A stretch of DNA of 64,000 bases from an uncultured Lachnospiraceae bacterium (lineage in GTDB: Bacteria > Bacillota > Clostridia > TANB77 > CAG-508): NCBI GenBank assembly GCA_964616165.1, contig CAZTTS010000005.1, positions 15,651 through 79,650 on the forward strand, given 5' to 3'. The notes below the pieces were generated by a model. That model had not been told where the DNA came from. It saw nothing but the letters and a program-made list of their open reading frames with translations, and did not search any database. Position numbers and translations under genes: made by a program. Shown here piece by piece: positions 41,438 through 51,004 of this stretch (positions are counted from its first letter, which is position 1; the number at the start of each line of letters is the position of its first letter).

Positions 41438-42352
41438 TTATTTGTTTTTCCAAATATCATTTTTTACATTTTCTAAGTCTAAATCTTTATTTTTAATTGT
41501 AAATTTAAATAAAGTTGTTGCTATATCTTCTTCTAACAACATAAGATCATATGTAAAATACAGATTAGGTATGTCAATATTATTTAATAATATAGTTTTA
41601 TATACTTCAGCCATATGTTTTTTGTCTTCACATACTAATACTAGATCTATATTACCTTTCGAGCCTGATGAAAAGAACTCTGAATATATTTTTAATCGAG
41701 TATTTAAGTCTTCATCATCATTATCTCGTCTTATACTGTCAACAAACACAGACATACTTTTCTTTAAGCTTTTGTTTTCAAACTTAATAAATCCCTTAGT
41801 ATATAGTTTTCTATTATATTGTTTAGAAACTATTTCAAAGCTTGCTTCATCAGACACATATGATGCATTTTTCAAAACATGTGCAATTATCATTTGATTT
41901 GCAGCTAATCTTCTTTTTATACTATCAACAGTTTTTAAATTGTCAGTAGCTCTCCACTCTGATTTAATTTCTCTTGCTTCTAATAAATATTTCCCGTTTT
42001 TTTCTAAAGAATACACTTTATATGCTGATTTTTCTTCAAAAGTTGAAAAATAGCACCTAGAAAGTAATTTCCCTTTTAACATTTGATCTAATTTTCTTGA
42101 AAGTTTTTTAGTATTACTAAATGAATAACCTTTAAGAGAAAGCAATTGATTTATTTGTCTAGAAGTCATAAACTCATATTTGTTTATTAATTCTAAAATA
42201 TCATATTCTAATTCTCCTAAATGTTCTCTTTGAATTTTAGATACAACTTGATTAATAGAAACATAACCATCATATCCATCGAAGACTTTCTTTTCACCTT
42301 CAATCATTTTAAAAGGTGATTCATCTGCTTGAATTTCACTATCTTTAATCAT
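41438..42352 (-). CDS. Winged-helix protein resembling the replication-relaxation (Replic_Relax) family
   Basis: N-terminal pattern EYDILELINKYEFMTSRQINQLL...KKLSRKLDQMLKGKLLSR......KSAYKVYSLEKNGKYLL matches the Replic_Relax wHTH consensus as remembered; no database search was run. Confidence 0.4.
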   Translation of the reverse strand: MIKDSEIQADESPFKMIEGEKKVFDGYDGYVSINQVVSKIQREHLGELEYDILELINKYEFMTSRQINQLLSLKGYSFSNTKKLSRKLDQMLKGKLLSRCYFSTFEEKSAYKVYSLEKNGKYLLEAREIKSEWRATDNLKTVDSIKRRLAANQMIIAHVLKNASYVSDEASFEIVSKQYNRKLYTKGFIKFENKSLKKSMSVFVDSIRRDNDDEDLNTRLKIYSEFFSSGSKGNIDLVLVCEDKKHMAEVYKTILLNNIDIPNLYFTYDLMLLEEDIATTLFKFTIKNKDLDLENVKNDIWKNK

Positions 42353-42433
42353 AATTCCTCCTATATCAAAAATTATTTAATATATTTTCAATAACTAATA
42401 TTATTAATTATTGTATTATCTAGCATTGATTAC

Positions 42434-43159
42434 TTAAATATATTTTATCTCATCTATCTTAAGATGTCTATACTCTCCACTTTTTAAATCATTTATATCA
42501 ATTTTACCAATCATACTTCTATGTAATGAAATGATTTTTAAATTTAAACTTTGAAACATTCTTCTAACTTGTCTGTTTTTCCCCTCAGATAATGTTATTT
42601 CTACCTTACTATATTGTTTTTCTTTATTATATTCTAATAATTTAACTTTAGCTTTTCTTGTTTTATATCCATCATCTAAATATACACCAGATTGCAATTT
42701 ATCTAAATTGGTTTTACTAATCTTTTTTTCGATTTTAACAATATATGTTTTAGTAATATTATTTGATGGATGTGTTATTTTATTAATAAAATCTCCATCA
42801 TTAGAAAATATTAATGCTCCTGAAGTATACATATCTAGTCTACCTGCTGAGACTAATCTTTTATCTGTTTTAATTAAATCTACAACTTTTGGTCTATTAA
42901 ATTGTTCAATATTTGTAGTAATATAGCCTATTGGTTTATTTATTATATAGTATTCAAATTCTTCTTTTTTTAATATCTTTCCTTTAAATTCAACAATATC
43001 ATCTAGTTTTACTTTTGTTCCTAATTCTTTTACTACTTCCCCATTTACTTTAATTTTACCTTCAGCTATTAATTCATCTGCTTTTCTTCTAGAACAAAGT
43101 CCTGTTGAGGCTATAAATTTTTGCAATCTTTCTTCTTTTTCTTCCATTTCTTCTCTCAT
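42434..43159 (-). CDS. rRNA pseudouridine synthase, RsuA/RluB family (S4 + PseudoU_synth_2)
   Basis: N-terminal S4 RNA-binding domain and RLDMYTSGALIFSNDGDF catalytic Asp motif. Confidence 0.8.
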   Translation of the reverse strand: MREEMEEKEERLQKFIASTGLCSRRKADELIAEGKIKVNGEVVKELGTKVKLDDIVEFKGKILKKEEFEYYIINKPIGYITTNIEQFNRPKVVDLIKTDKRLVSAGRLDMYTSGALIFSNDGDFINKITHPSNNITKTYIVKIEKKISKTNLDKLQSGVYLDDGYKTRKAKVKLLEYNKEKQYSKVEITLSEGKNRQVRRMFQSLNLKIISLHRSMIGKIDINDLKSGEYRHLKIDEIKYI

Positions 43160-44161
43160 TTATATTTTACTTTCATTTCTTAATATTTTCAAAATATCTT
43201 CAAATTCTTTTGGAATTTTGCTTTTAATATCTTTTATATTATCATCCACATCAAGAAATTTTAGCGAAATAGCATGTAATAATTGAGAATTAATATTAAA
43301 ATCATTTTTACCTTTAGAATATTTTTTATCTCCAACAATTGGATAACCAATTTGAGAAAAATGAACACGAATTTGATGAGTTCTTCCTGTTTCTATATTA
43401 ATACTGACTAATGTATAGTTTTTAAATCTTTCTAATACTGTAAAATATGTTATAGCTTCTCTCCCTTTTAAATTTGCTTCCATTTTTTTAAAATCTGATC
43501 TAGATCTTAAAATTGGCATATCAATTTTACCTTTGTTTTCTTGAATATTCCCTCTTACTAATGCTATATATTCTTTTTCAATTTCTCTTTTTTTAAACAA
43601 AGCTTCATAATATTTATGTGATTTATTGTTTTTTGCTACTAATAATAATCCAGATGTATCTTTATCTAAACGATGAACAATTCCTGCTCTTTCTTCACCA
43701 TATAGATTTGATAAATTATATTTATCTTTCAAAATAGATACAATAGAAATATCTTCCTTCCCCACTCCAGAATAAACAACAAGACCTTTAGGTTTATTAA
43801 CTATTAATATATCTTTATCTTCATAAAGGATTTCTAATTCTATATTTTTTAAATCTTTTTCTTCTTCCTTTGTTTTACTTTTAATATTTGTTTTTTCATT
43901 CTTTTTTGTAATTTCATCAGCTTCTTTTTGTTTTAAAAGACTTAATGCTTCTTCTTTCTTTAAATTAATTTTATTAAAATCTTCCAAAGAAAGCTTAGAA
44001 TGCGTTTTTGTAATTTTTCTTTTACCTAGAAGAATCTTTTCTGTTTCAATAAGAAATACTGCTTCTTGTCTTGATATATTATATTCTTGAGCTAAAAGCT
44101 TATCTATTCTTTCTAATTTATTTATTTTTTCCATATTCTCTATCTCTTCAGTCTTTTCCAT
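43160..44161 (-). CDS. rluD: RluA/RluD-family pseudouridine synthase
   Basis: S4-like N-terminal domain and HRLDKDTSGLLLVAKN catalytic motif. Confidence 0.8.
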   Translation of the reverse strand: MEKTEEIENMEKINKLERIDKLLAQEYNISRQEAVFLIETEKILLGKRKITKTHSKLSLEDFNKINLKKEEALSLLKQKEADEITKKNEKTNIKSKTKEEEKDLKNIELEILYEDKDILIVNKPKGLVVYSGVGKEDISIVSILKDKYNLSNLYGEERAGIVHRLDKDTSGLLLVAKNNKSHKYYEALFKKREIEKEYIALVRGNIQENKGKIDMPILRSRSDFKKMEANLKGREAITYFTVLERFKNYTLVSINIETGRTHQIRVHFSQIGYPIVGDKKYSKGKNDFNINSQLLHAISLKFLDVDDNIKDIKSKIPKEFEDILKILRNESKI

Positions 44162-44193
44162 TTCTCACATCTTTCTAAATTTCACTATATTTT

Positions 44194-44736
44194 TTATTTG
44201 TTTTCTTTATCAAAATTAATAGACATATATTCTTTTTCAAGTTCTTTGTATATTGGTTCATTTTCTATATCTTTCTTTGCTATTTCTAAAAAGATTTCGT
44301 ATTTTTTTAATAATATCTTTCTTTTTTCAATATTTACTAGTTTTATATATTTTATATTATCTAATAGGTCTGCACATTTTACTATTAATGCTTCAAAACC
44401 GTATTTAGAACAATTTTCATACATTGTTTTTGCTTGACTTATTTCATCTGAAATTGAAGAATCAAAACTAACTATTTCAACAATTTCTCTTATTTTAACT
44501 CCAAATTTATTTTCTATATCATAAACACTTATTAATGTATCTTCCAATAAATCGTGTAAAATTCCTGATAAAATTATTTCTCTTGAATAATTATGTGAAT
44601 ATAAAATCATGCCTACTTTGAAACTATGAAGTAATACAGGTTTAGGATTATGTCCTGACTTACTTAAATTCTTTGCAACACAATGTAATGCTTCATCCAT
44701 TTCCTTTTCTAAATTAGTATTTATTTGTTTAAACAT
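44194..44736 (-). CDS. HD-domain hydrolase resembling the RelA/SpoT (p)ppGpp hydrolase domain (small alarmone hydrolase-like)
   Basis: H...SGHNPKPVLLHSFKVGMIL followed by ILHDLLEDT parallels the Rel hydrolase motifs (HxxxxR.SGEPYI.HPL.VA..L and LLHDVVEDT). 180 aa. Confidence 0.5.
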   Translation of the reverse strand: MFKQINTNLEKEMDEALHCVAKNLSKSGHNPKPVLLHSFKVGMILYSHNYSREIILSGILHDLLEDTLISVYDIENKFGVKIREIVEIVSFDSSISDEISQAKTMYENCSKYGFEALIVKCADLLDNIKYIKLVNIEKRKILLKKYEIFLEIAKKDIENEPIYKELEKEYMSINFDKENK

Positions 44737-44915
44737 TTTATTTTCTCTTTTTTAATAGATTTGACACTATGCATATATTATATATGAAATTGATTTAAAA
44801 AAGTAGTATATTGATATACTACTTATTCTTTCTTTTGGTTTTCTTTTTTTATTTATTATTTTTTGTTTTTATTGTTTATTGTTTGTTTTGGGATTTTATT
44901 TTTTGTTTTTTAAAA

Positions 44916-45599
44916 TTAAATGTTTGAATTTTTAGAAGCAAGTTCTTCAATAATTTCATTAATATCTTCTTGTGGTAGTTCTAAAGTTCCAATTGAAACT
45001 TCATATGCTACTCTTTCTTCCACATGTCCTTCTTTTAATTCTTTATTATATTGTCTACTTTGCATTCTTCCTACAATTCTAACTGTTTGACCTACTTCTA
45101 AGTTTTCAGAGAATCTAGCATTTCTTCCCCAAGCAATGCAAGGCAAATAATCGCTTTTCCCATAAGGTCTATTTACAGCTAATAGTATATCTGAAATTTC
45201 TCTTCCAAATGGAGTTTTTCTATAAATAGGTTTTTTACAAATATGACCAATTAATTCTACTTCATTAGTAGTTTCTAGATTTTCATCTTCTTTAAGTTCA
45301 GTATCTGATACAACTCTAATATCTTTAACAAAAACATTTAAAAGTAATCTTCTTCTATTGTCTTCTTCATTATAATGATTATATGATCTTAGTTGACCTT
45401 TAATTTCAACCATTGTACCTGGTTCAATATTTTTACCCATTATAATTCTTTCAGAAACAATGATTCCAATTTCATCAACATCTCCACTTAATCTCTTTAC
45501 TTGGACTTTTGTATCAAAAAATTTTTCACTATATATTTCGTGGTTTAACTTTATCTCAGTTGTAATTTTACCAACAAGTATAATATTGTTGTTTTCCAT
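44916..45599 (-). CDS. SSB-like protein with two tandem OB-fold domains
   Basis: Second half (NEVELIGHICKKPIYRKTPFGREISDILLAVNR...DYLPCIAWGRNARFSENLEVGQTVRIVGRMQSRQY) is a clear SSB OB fold and the first half a diverged copy. Start re-set to the ATG preceded by AAGGAG. Confidence 0.55.
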   Translation of the reverse strand: MENNNIILVGKITTEIKLNHEIYSEKFFDTKVQVKRLSGDVDEIGIIVSERIIMGKNIEPGTMVEIKGQLRSYNHYNEEDNRRRLLLNVFVKDIRVVSDTELKEDENLETTNEVELIGHICKKPIYRKTPFGREISDILLAVNRPYGKSDYLPCIAWGRNARFSENLEVGQTVRIVGRMQSRQYNKELKEGHVEERVAYEVSIGTLELPQEDINEIIEELASKNSNI

Positions 45600-45761
45600 A
45601 GTATACTCCTTTATCTTTCTTATGTGTTTTTTAAAATGTAGTATTATTATATCACAAAAATGAGCCAATGTAAAACATTATAATGCTTACAGACTCATTT
45701 TATATTCCTAATAATTTTTATTTTAAAAGTTTTATATAACTTTTTAATTCTATTTGATTTA

Positions 45762-47504
45762 TTATTCTTTTATTTCTTGAAGTAATTTTTCTATAAATTT
45801 ATCTAAATTTATTTTGCCCAAATCACCTTTGTCTCTAGACCTTACACTAATATCTTTTGAAGTTTTTTCTTCTTCACCTATAATTAGCATATATGGAACT
45901 CTTTCAATTTGTGCTTCTCTAATCTTATATCCAATTTTCTCATTCCTATAATCTATTTCAACTCTAATATTATTCTTAATTAATTCTTTTTCAATATCTT
46001 TAGCATAATCTAAAACATTATCATTAATAGGCAATATTTTGACTTGTACAGGTGATAACCATAATGGGAATAATCCGGCATAATGTTCAATTAGAACCCC
46101 CATAAATCTGTCTATAGAGCCATATATAGCTCTATGAATCATAACAGGTCTATGCTTGTTACCATCTGCACCAACATATTCTAAATCAAATCTTTCTGGC
46201 ATTTGGAAATCTAATTGAATTGTTCCACATTGCCAAGATCTACCAATACAATCTTTAATATGTAAATCTATTTTAGGGCCATAAAATGCTCCATCACCTT
46301 CATTTAATACATATTCTATATTCTCATGTTCTAAAGCTTTTTTAAGTGCTTCTTCGGCTTTATCCCAAGATTCAATCTCACCCATAAAGTTTTCTGGTCT
46401 TGTTGATAGTTCTACCTTATATTCTAGACCAAATCTAGAATAAATTATATTTGCTAATTTTAATACTCCAATTATTTCTTCTTCTATTTGTTCTGGTAAA
46501 CAATATATATGAGCATCATCTTGAGTAAATACTCTAACTCTAAGAAGACCGTTTAATTCACCTGATTTTTCATGTCTATGAACCAACCCAAGCTCTCCCC
46601 TTCTAATAGGTAAATCTTTATATGATACTAAATCAGTTTTATATACTAAAATACCACCAGGACAATTCATAGGTTTAATTGCATACTCTGTTTCGTCTAC
46701 TTTTGTAAAATACATTGATTCAGCATAATGATCCCAATGACCAGAGCGTTTCCATAATTCATCTTTTAATATTATTGGTGTTTTAATTTCCTTATATCCA
46801 GATTTAAAATGTAAATCTTTCCAAAAATTTTCTAATTCGTTTTTTATAACCATACCATTTGGTAAATACATAGGCATTCCTGGTGCTTCTTCAGCAATAT
46901 AGAATAATTTCATTGCTTTACCAATTTTTCTATGATTTCTTTTTATTGCTTCTTCTAACATAAGCAAATGTTCATCTAGCATTGATTTTTTAGGGAATGA
47001 AACTCCATAAATTCTTTGCATTGAAATATTGTTTTCATCGCCTTTCCAATAAACAGCAGATGTTGAAAGTAATTTAAAAGCTTTAACTGCTCCAGTGCTA
47101 GGTAAATGCGGACCTCTACATAAATCAATAAAACTTCCTTGCCTATATGCAGAAATTATCTCATCTCCTTCTAACTCTTTAATCAATTCAACTTTAAAAG
47201 GTTCATTTAATTCTTCAAATAGCTTTATTGCATCTTTTCTATTTAATTCTTCTCTTACTTCTTCCAAATTTTCTTTTATAATATTTTGCATTTCATTCTC
47301 AATTGCTATTAAATCACTTGGTTCGAATGGTTTTTCTACTTTAAAGTCATAGTAAAAACCTTGCTCTATTGCTGGCCCTACACCCAATTGCGCATTAGGA
47401 TATAGTCTTTTAACAGCATGAGCTAATATATGTGATGAAGTATGCCAAAAAGTTTCTTTTGACACTTCCATTGTTTTTCCTTGTTCTAATTTTATTTTAA
47501 ACAT
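45762..47504 (-). CDS. thrS: Threonyl-tRNA synthetase (N2 editing + catalytic + anticodon-binding domains; no TGS domain)
   Basis: Editing-domain His motif WHTSSHILAHA, class II core, 580 aa. Confidence 0.92.
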   Translation of the reverse strand: MFKIKLEQGKTMEVSKETFWHTSSHILAHAVKRLYPNAQLGVGPAIEQGFYYDFKVEKPFEPSDLIAIENEMQNIIKENLEEVREELNRKDAIKLFEELNEPFKVELIKELEGDEIISAYRQGSFIDLCRGPHLPSTGAVKAFKLLSTSAVYWKGDENNISMQRIYGVSFPKKSMLDEHLLMLEEAIKRNHRKIGKAMKLFYIAEEAPGMPMYLPNGMVIKNELENFWKDLHFKSGYKEIKTPIILKDELWKRSGHWDHYAESMYFTKVDETEYAIKPMNCPGGILVYKTDLVSYKDLPIRRGELGLVHRHEKSGELNGLLRVRVFTQDDAHIYCLPEQIEEEIIGVLKLANIIYSRFGLEYKVELSTRPENFMGEIESWDKAEEALKKALEHENIEYVLNEGDGAFYGPKIDLHIKDCIGRSWQCGTIQLDFQMPERFDLEYVGADGNKHRPVMIHRAIYGSIDRFMGVLIEHYAGLFPLWLSPVQVKILPINDNVLDYAKDIEKELIKNNIRVEIDYRNEKIGYKIREAQIERVPYMLIIGEEEKTSKDISVRSRDKGDLGKINLDKFIEKLLQEIKE

Positions 47505-47516
47505 CTTTTTCTCTTT

Positions 47517-48401
47517 CTATGCTCTAGGATGAGCACTTTTGTATTCTTGAGCTATATCTTCTTCTAAAAATTGTAAATATACCTTAGTTGATGATATATC
47601 TACATGTCCCATCATATTCTGTATAGCATTTAAATCTGCTCCATTTTGGAGCAAATGGGTGGCAAAAGAATGTCTTAAAACATGTGGTGTTATATCTTTA
47701 TCGATATTTGCTTTTTCTTTATAGTATTTAATAATTTTCCAAAAACCTTGTCTAGTTAATTGTGCACCATTTAAATTTACAAATAATGAAGGCTCTTCGT
47801 CGCTCTTAATTAAAAAAGGTCTTGATTCTTCTAAATATGTTCTTAATGCCTCTACCGAAATTTTACCAAGTGGTATAACTCTTTTTCCATATTCATTATT
47901 ACATATAACATATTCATCGTTAAGATTAACATCTTTTATATTTAAACCTGTTATTTCTGATGCCTTCATACCCGTTGCATAAGCAAATTCTAGCATTGCT
48001 TTATCTCTAACTCCCTTTAAACTTTTATTATCTGGTTCTGATAAAAATGTTTCTATTTCTTTTGTTGATAATATATTAGGAGTTATTTTTTCTACTTTAG
48101 GTAATTTAATATCTTCTGTTGGATCTTTTTTTATAAGACTATTTTTAAATAAATAATTATAAAAAGAACGAAGGCTAGCTGCTTGTCTCGCAACAGTAGA
48201 TTTCTTACTATTAGTTTTTACCATATTATTTAAATACTTCTGCAGGTTAGCAGCAGAAATATTTTTAACATCTAGTTTATTTTCTTTTAAATAAATCTTA
48301 AATTTATTTAAATCACGACTATATGCCATAATAGTATTATTTGATAATTTTTTTAATCTTAAGTATTCTAAGTATTTATTTATTAAACCTTCCATTTTCA
48401 T
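47517..48401 (-). CDS. xerD: Tyrosine recombinase XerD-like
   Basis: 294 aa; N-terminal YLEYLRLKKLSNNTIMAYSRDL; C-terminal HVLRHSFATHLLQNGADLNAIQNMMGHVDISSTKVYLQ. Confidence 0.85.
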   Translation of the reverse strand: MKMEGLINKYLEYLRLKKLSNNTIMAYSRDLNKFKIYLKENKLDVKNISAANLQKYLNNMVKTNSKKSTVARQAASLRSFYNYLFKNSLIKKDPTEDIKLPKVEKITPNILSTKEIETFLSEPDNKSLKGVRDKAMLEFAYATGMKASEITGLNIKDVNLNDEYVICNNEYGKRVIPLGKISVEALRTYLEESRPFLIKSDEEPSLFVNLNGAQLTRQGFWKIIKYYKEKANIDKDITPHVLRHSFATHLLQNGADLNAIQNMMGHVDISSTKVYLQFLEEDIAQEYKSAHPRA

Positions 48402-48572
48402 CCCTTTAATTTACATAATCAGTATATCAATAATACACAATTTTTTAACTTTTGTAAATTAAAAATAGCAAAATTTTGCTATTTTTTTCTTTATTTTCTT
48501 TGTCTTTATGTTTTTTCTGCTAATTAAATTTTTTTTGCTTTATTGTATTTATATTAATATCTCTTTAATTTG

Positions 48573-50303
48573 TTAATTATTTTTTCCTTTTTTCTTGTAA
48601 GCTAGACCTATTTTCTCTAATCTTCCTCTTCTGTATGACATTACAACACCTGAAGAGATGATTAACAACATTGGAACAATAAATAGAACATATGTAATTA
48701 CTTTATGTAATACAATTGTGCTACTATCATATTTATACGGAGAAATTACCAATCCTTTTTTTATATCTACCATCTCACCTTTTAATGGATGTAAATATGT
48801 AAATGAATTTTTAGCTAATCTTAAATTATCTTTTTGTAAAATAATTTCATCTTCAACTAAATCTTGAATTATTAAATCCGTCATAAAAAGATAATTAGAA
48901 TAAATTACAGCTTTTGACTTAATACTTTCTGCTAATTTCTTTTCAACTATTGTACCCAATACATATATATTAGGCATAGCATCTGGTGGTATTTTATTGT
49001 CAGTTATATCACTTTCTTTTATATCTTGTGATTTAAACACTGCCATATCAGAAGTTATTATATGATTAGTATAAGTTAAGTTTTTTTCTGCTAATTTTTT
49101 TTCTGAATCCAATACTATTTGAGTTGGAAATATAAAGAATGGGGCTGTGCCTTCAAAAACCATATCTTTAGTTAAATCATTGTCGCTTGTAGCTATTGGT
49201 AAGAGTATATTATTATAATTTCTAATAATTCCTGTGCTTTGCATAAAAGAATATCTATACCCATCTTTATAGTCTAAAACCCCTCCAACTGGTAATTGCA
49301 CTCCATAAGAAGATAGGAGTTTTTTAAAATTAGAATGAGTATTTTCTTCTACAAAAGTAGCACCAATAACAAAATTTCCTCCTCTAGCTTGAAAGTCAAT
49401 TAATTTATTATATTCTGTTTTATTAATATCTTTCATTGGTCCAACAATTCCAATAATTTTTACTGATTCAGGAATATTATCTTTTTTTAAGTCTAGTTCT
49501 ATTGGAAAAACGCCAAATGATCTTAATTCTGTATATAGATTAATTAATTCTTCTTCTATGCTTGATCCGTCAAGTCCTGTTAAAAATGCAACACTTGGAT
49601 TTTCAGGCGTTTCATCATTGGTAACTGAAATTATGGCATTTACCAATTTTTCTTCTAAAAGAGTGTATTGTTTAAATGTTTTGCCATCTATTAAACTACT
49701 ATCAAAATTTAAATCAAAAAAAGATATTGATACATCTTCCCTTTCTGTTGCAGATACAAAAATGGTTGTATAATATAATTGATCTTCTTCATCTGAATCA
49801 TCTGCTCCTGAATCTCTATATGTAAGTGTAATGAAATCATTTAATTTTACAACTTCATCCAATACTTCTGTTATTTGAACATATTGTAAACTACTGTCAA
49901 TATTAATCTCAACTGGCTCATCTACATCTTTAATTATTTGTTTAGATTCATTTGTTAATCTATACATTTTAGAATATGTTAAATCAAAATTAAATATAAC
50001 ATCTCTTCTTATTGCTAGATTTAAAAATAAGGCTAATGCTAATATAATTGTAATTATTAAAACTAAAATCATTGATAGCTTTTCTCTAGAAATAGTTTTC
50101 CCTTTACCCTTTGTTTTCGTTAGTTTTAGTTTTTTTGCTTTTTCACTATCTTTATTTTTTTTATTCTTTTTGTTTCTGAATTTATCTAACTTTTCTTTTT
50201 TAATTTTATTTTTTCTTTCTTTAGGTTCTTTCTTATCTTTTTTTGTGTTCATTTTATCTTCTTTCTCTTTATTCTCTTTATTCTCTTTATTCTCTTTTTC
50301 CAT
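48573..50303 (-). CDS. ABC-transport auxiliary component (GldG-like extracytoplasmic protein) with K-rich N-terminus
   Basis: K/E-rich N-term, a TM segment, a large extracytoplasmic domain and a C-terminal TM. Last gene of the ATPase-permease-auxiliary operon. RBS AAGGAGAAGAA. Confidence 0.55.
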   Translation of the reverse strand: MEKENKENKENKEKEDKMNTKKDKKEPKERKNKIKKEKLDKFRNKKNKKNKDSEKAKKLKLTKTKGKGKTISREKLSMILVLIITIILALALFLNLAIRRDVIFNFDLTYSKMYRLTNESKQIIKDVDEPVEINIDSSLQYVQITEVLDEVVKLNDFITLTYRDSGADDSDEEDQLYYTTIFVSATEREDVSISFFDLNFDSSLIDGKTFKQYTLLEEKLVNAIISVTNDETPENPSVAFLTGLDGSSIEEELINLYTELRSFGVFPIELDLKKDNIPESVKIIGIVGPMKDINKTEYNKLIDFQARGGNFVIGATFVEENTHSNFKKLLSSYGVQLPVGGVLDYKDGYRYSFMQSTGIIRNYNNILLPIATSDNDLTKDMVFEGTAPFFIFPTQIVLDSEKKLAEKNLTYTNHIITSDMAVFKSQDIKESDITDNKIPPDAMPNIYVLGTIVEKKLAESIKSKAVIYSNYLFMTDLIIQDLVEDEIILQKDNLRLAKNSFTYLHPLKGEMVDIKKGLVISPYKYDSSTIVLHKVITYVLFIVPMLLIISSGVVMSYRRGRLEKIGLAYKKKGKNN

Positions 50304-50312
50304 TTCTTCTCC

Positions 50313-50996
50313 TTACATTATATTTCTTTTCTTATTTAATATTAATGTCGAAATTATAGTATAAACTATAACAAAAAATGTAAGCATAAGAGTTGTTGCT
50401 AGAGGCAATAAACCTTGTAAATATGATTGAAATAATATTTTTTCTAATAATGTTATTATTGAGAAAATTATCATTAATATATTTTGTATAATTAATATAA
50501 AAATTAATGCAATAATTGGATTTTTAAATGCAGAATACATTACTGTGCTAAATGAAGCTGATACTAATACTACTAGAACTGCTAATATATATACAGTTAA
50601 AACCATTGCTGATGCAGGAAATATAGTTAACATTAGTAATACATTTATTATTAAAATAATTATAAATGGTATTAAAATAATTGTTGATATTGCTAATGTT
50701 TTTGCAACTACTATTTTAAAACTCGTTATATTTGAAGTATATAAATGAGTATCTACTCTTTTATTTTTTTGAACAGTATAAGTTAAAAACATTAATATTG
50801 GTATTAAACTTATAACCCATTTTAAAAGAGTAAAAATAGGTAATTCATAATTTATAAGACTAATTTGGTATAAATTGTTATTAAAGACTTCATTAGCAAA
50901 TATATAGACATTAACCCCCAGTAATAATGCCACAACTATATATGTTAAAATATGATTTAAATATGTTTTTATTTCTTTTATGTATATTGATTTCAT
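50313..50996 (-). CDS. ABC-2 type transporter permease
   Basis: Six TM segments, 227 aa, immediately downstream of the ABC ATPase. RBS AGAGGGAAAA. Confidence 0.65.
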   Translation of the reverse strand: MKSIYIKEIKTYLNHILTYIVVALLLGVNVYIFANEVFNNNLYQISLINYELPIFTLLKWVISLIPILMFLTYTVQKNKRVDTHLYTSNITSFKIVVAKTLAISTIILIPFIIILIINVLLMLTIFPASAMVLTVYILAVLVVLVSASFSTVMYSAFKNPIIALIFILIIQNILMIIFSIITLLEKILFQSYLQGLLPLATTLMLTFFVIVYTIISTLILNKKRNIM

Positions 50997-51004
50997 TTTT
51001 CCCT

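Noticed and set aside
41382-41897. 171-aa + strand ORF at the Replic_Relax-like locus
   Set aside because: Antisense to a better-supported - strand ORF whose product has a recognisable wHTH pattern.
47325-47345. tRNA-like GGTTCGAAT motif
   Set aside because: It lies inside the thrS coding sequence with no acceptor-stem or anticodon-arm context. No tRNA, rRNA or tmRNA genes were recognised anywhere in the window.
47505-47516. T-box leaders for thrS, cysS and argS
   Set aside because: These synthetase genes abut or overlap the upstream genes (12 nt, 8 nt and -4 nt gaps), leaving no room for a 250-nt leader.
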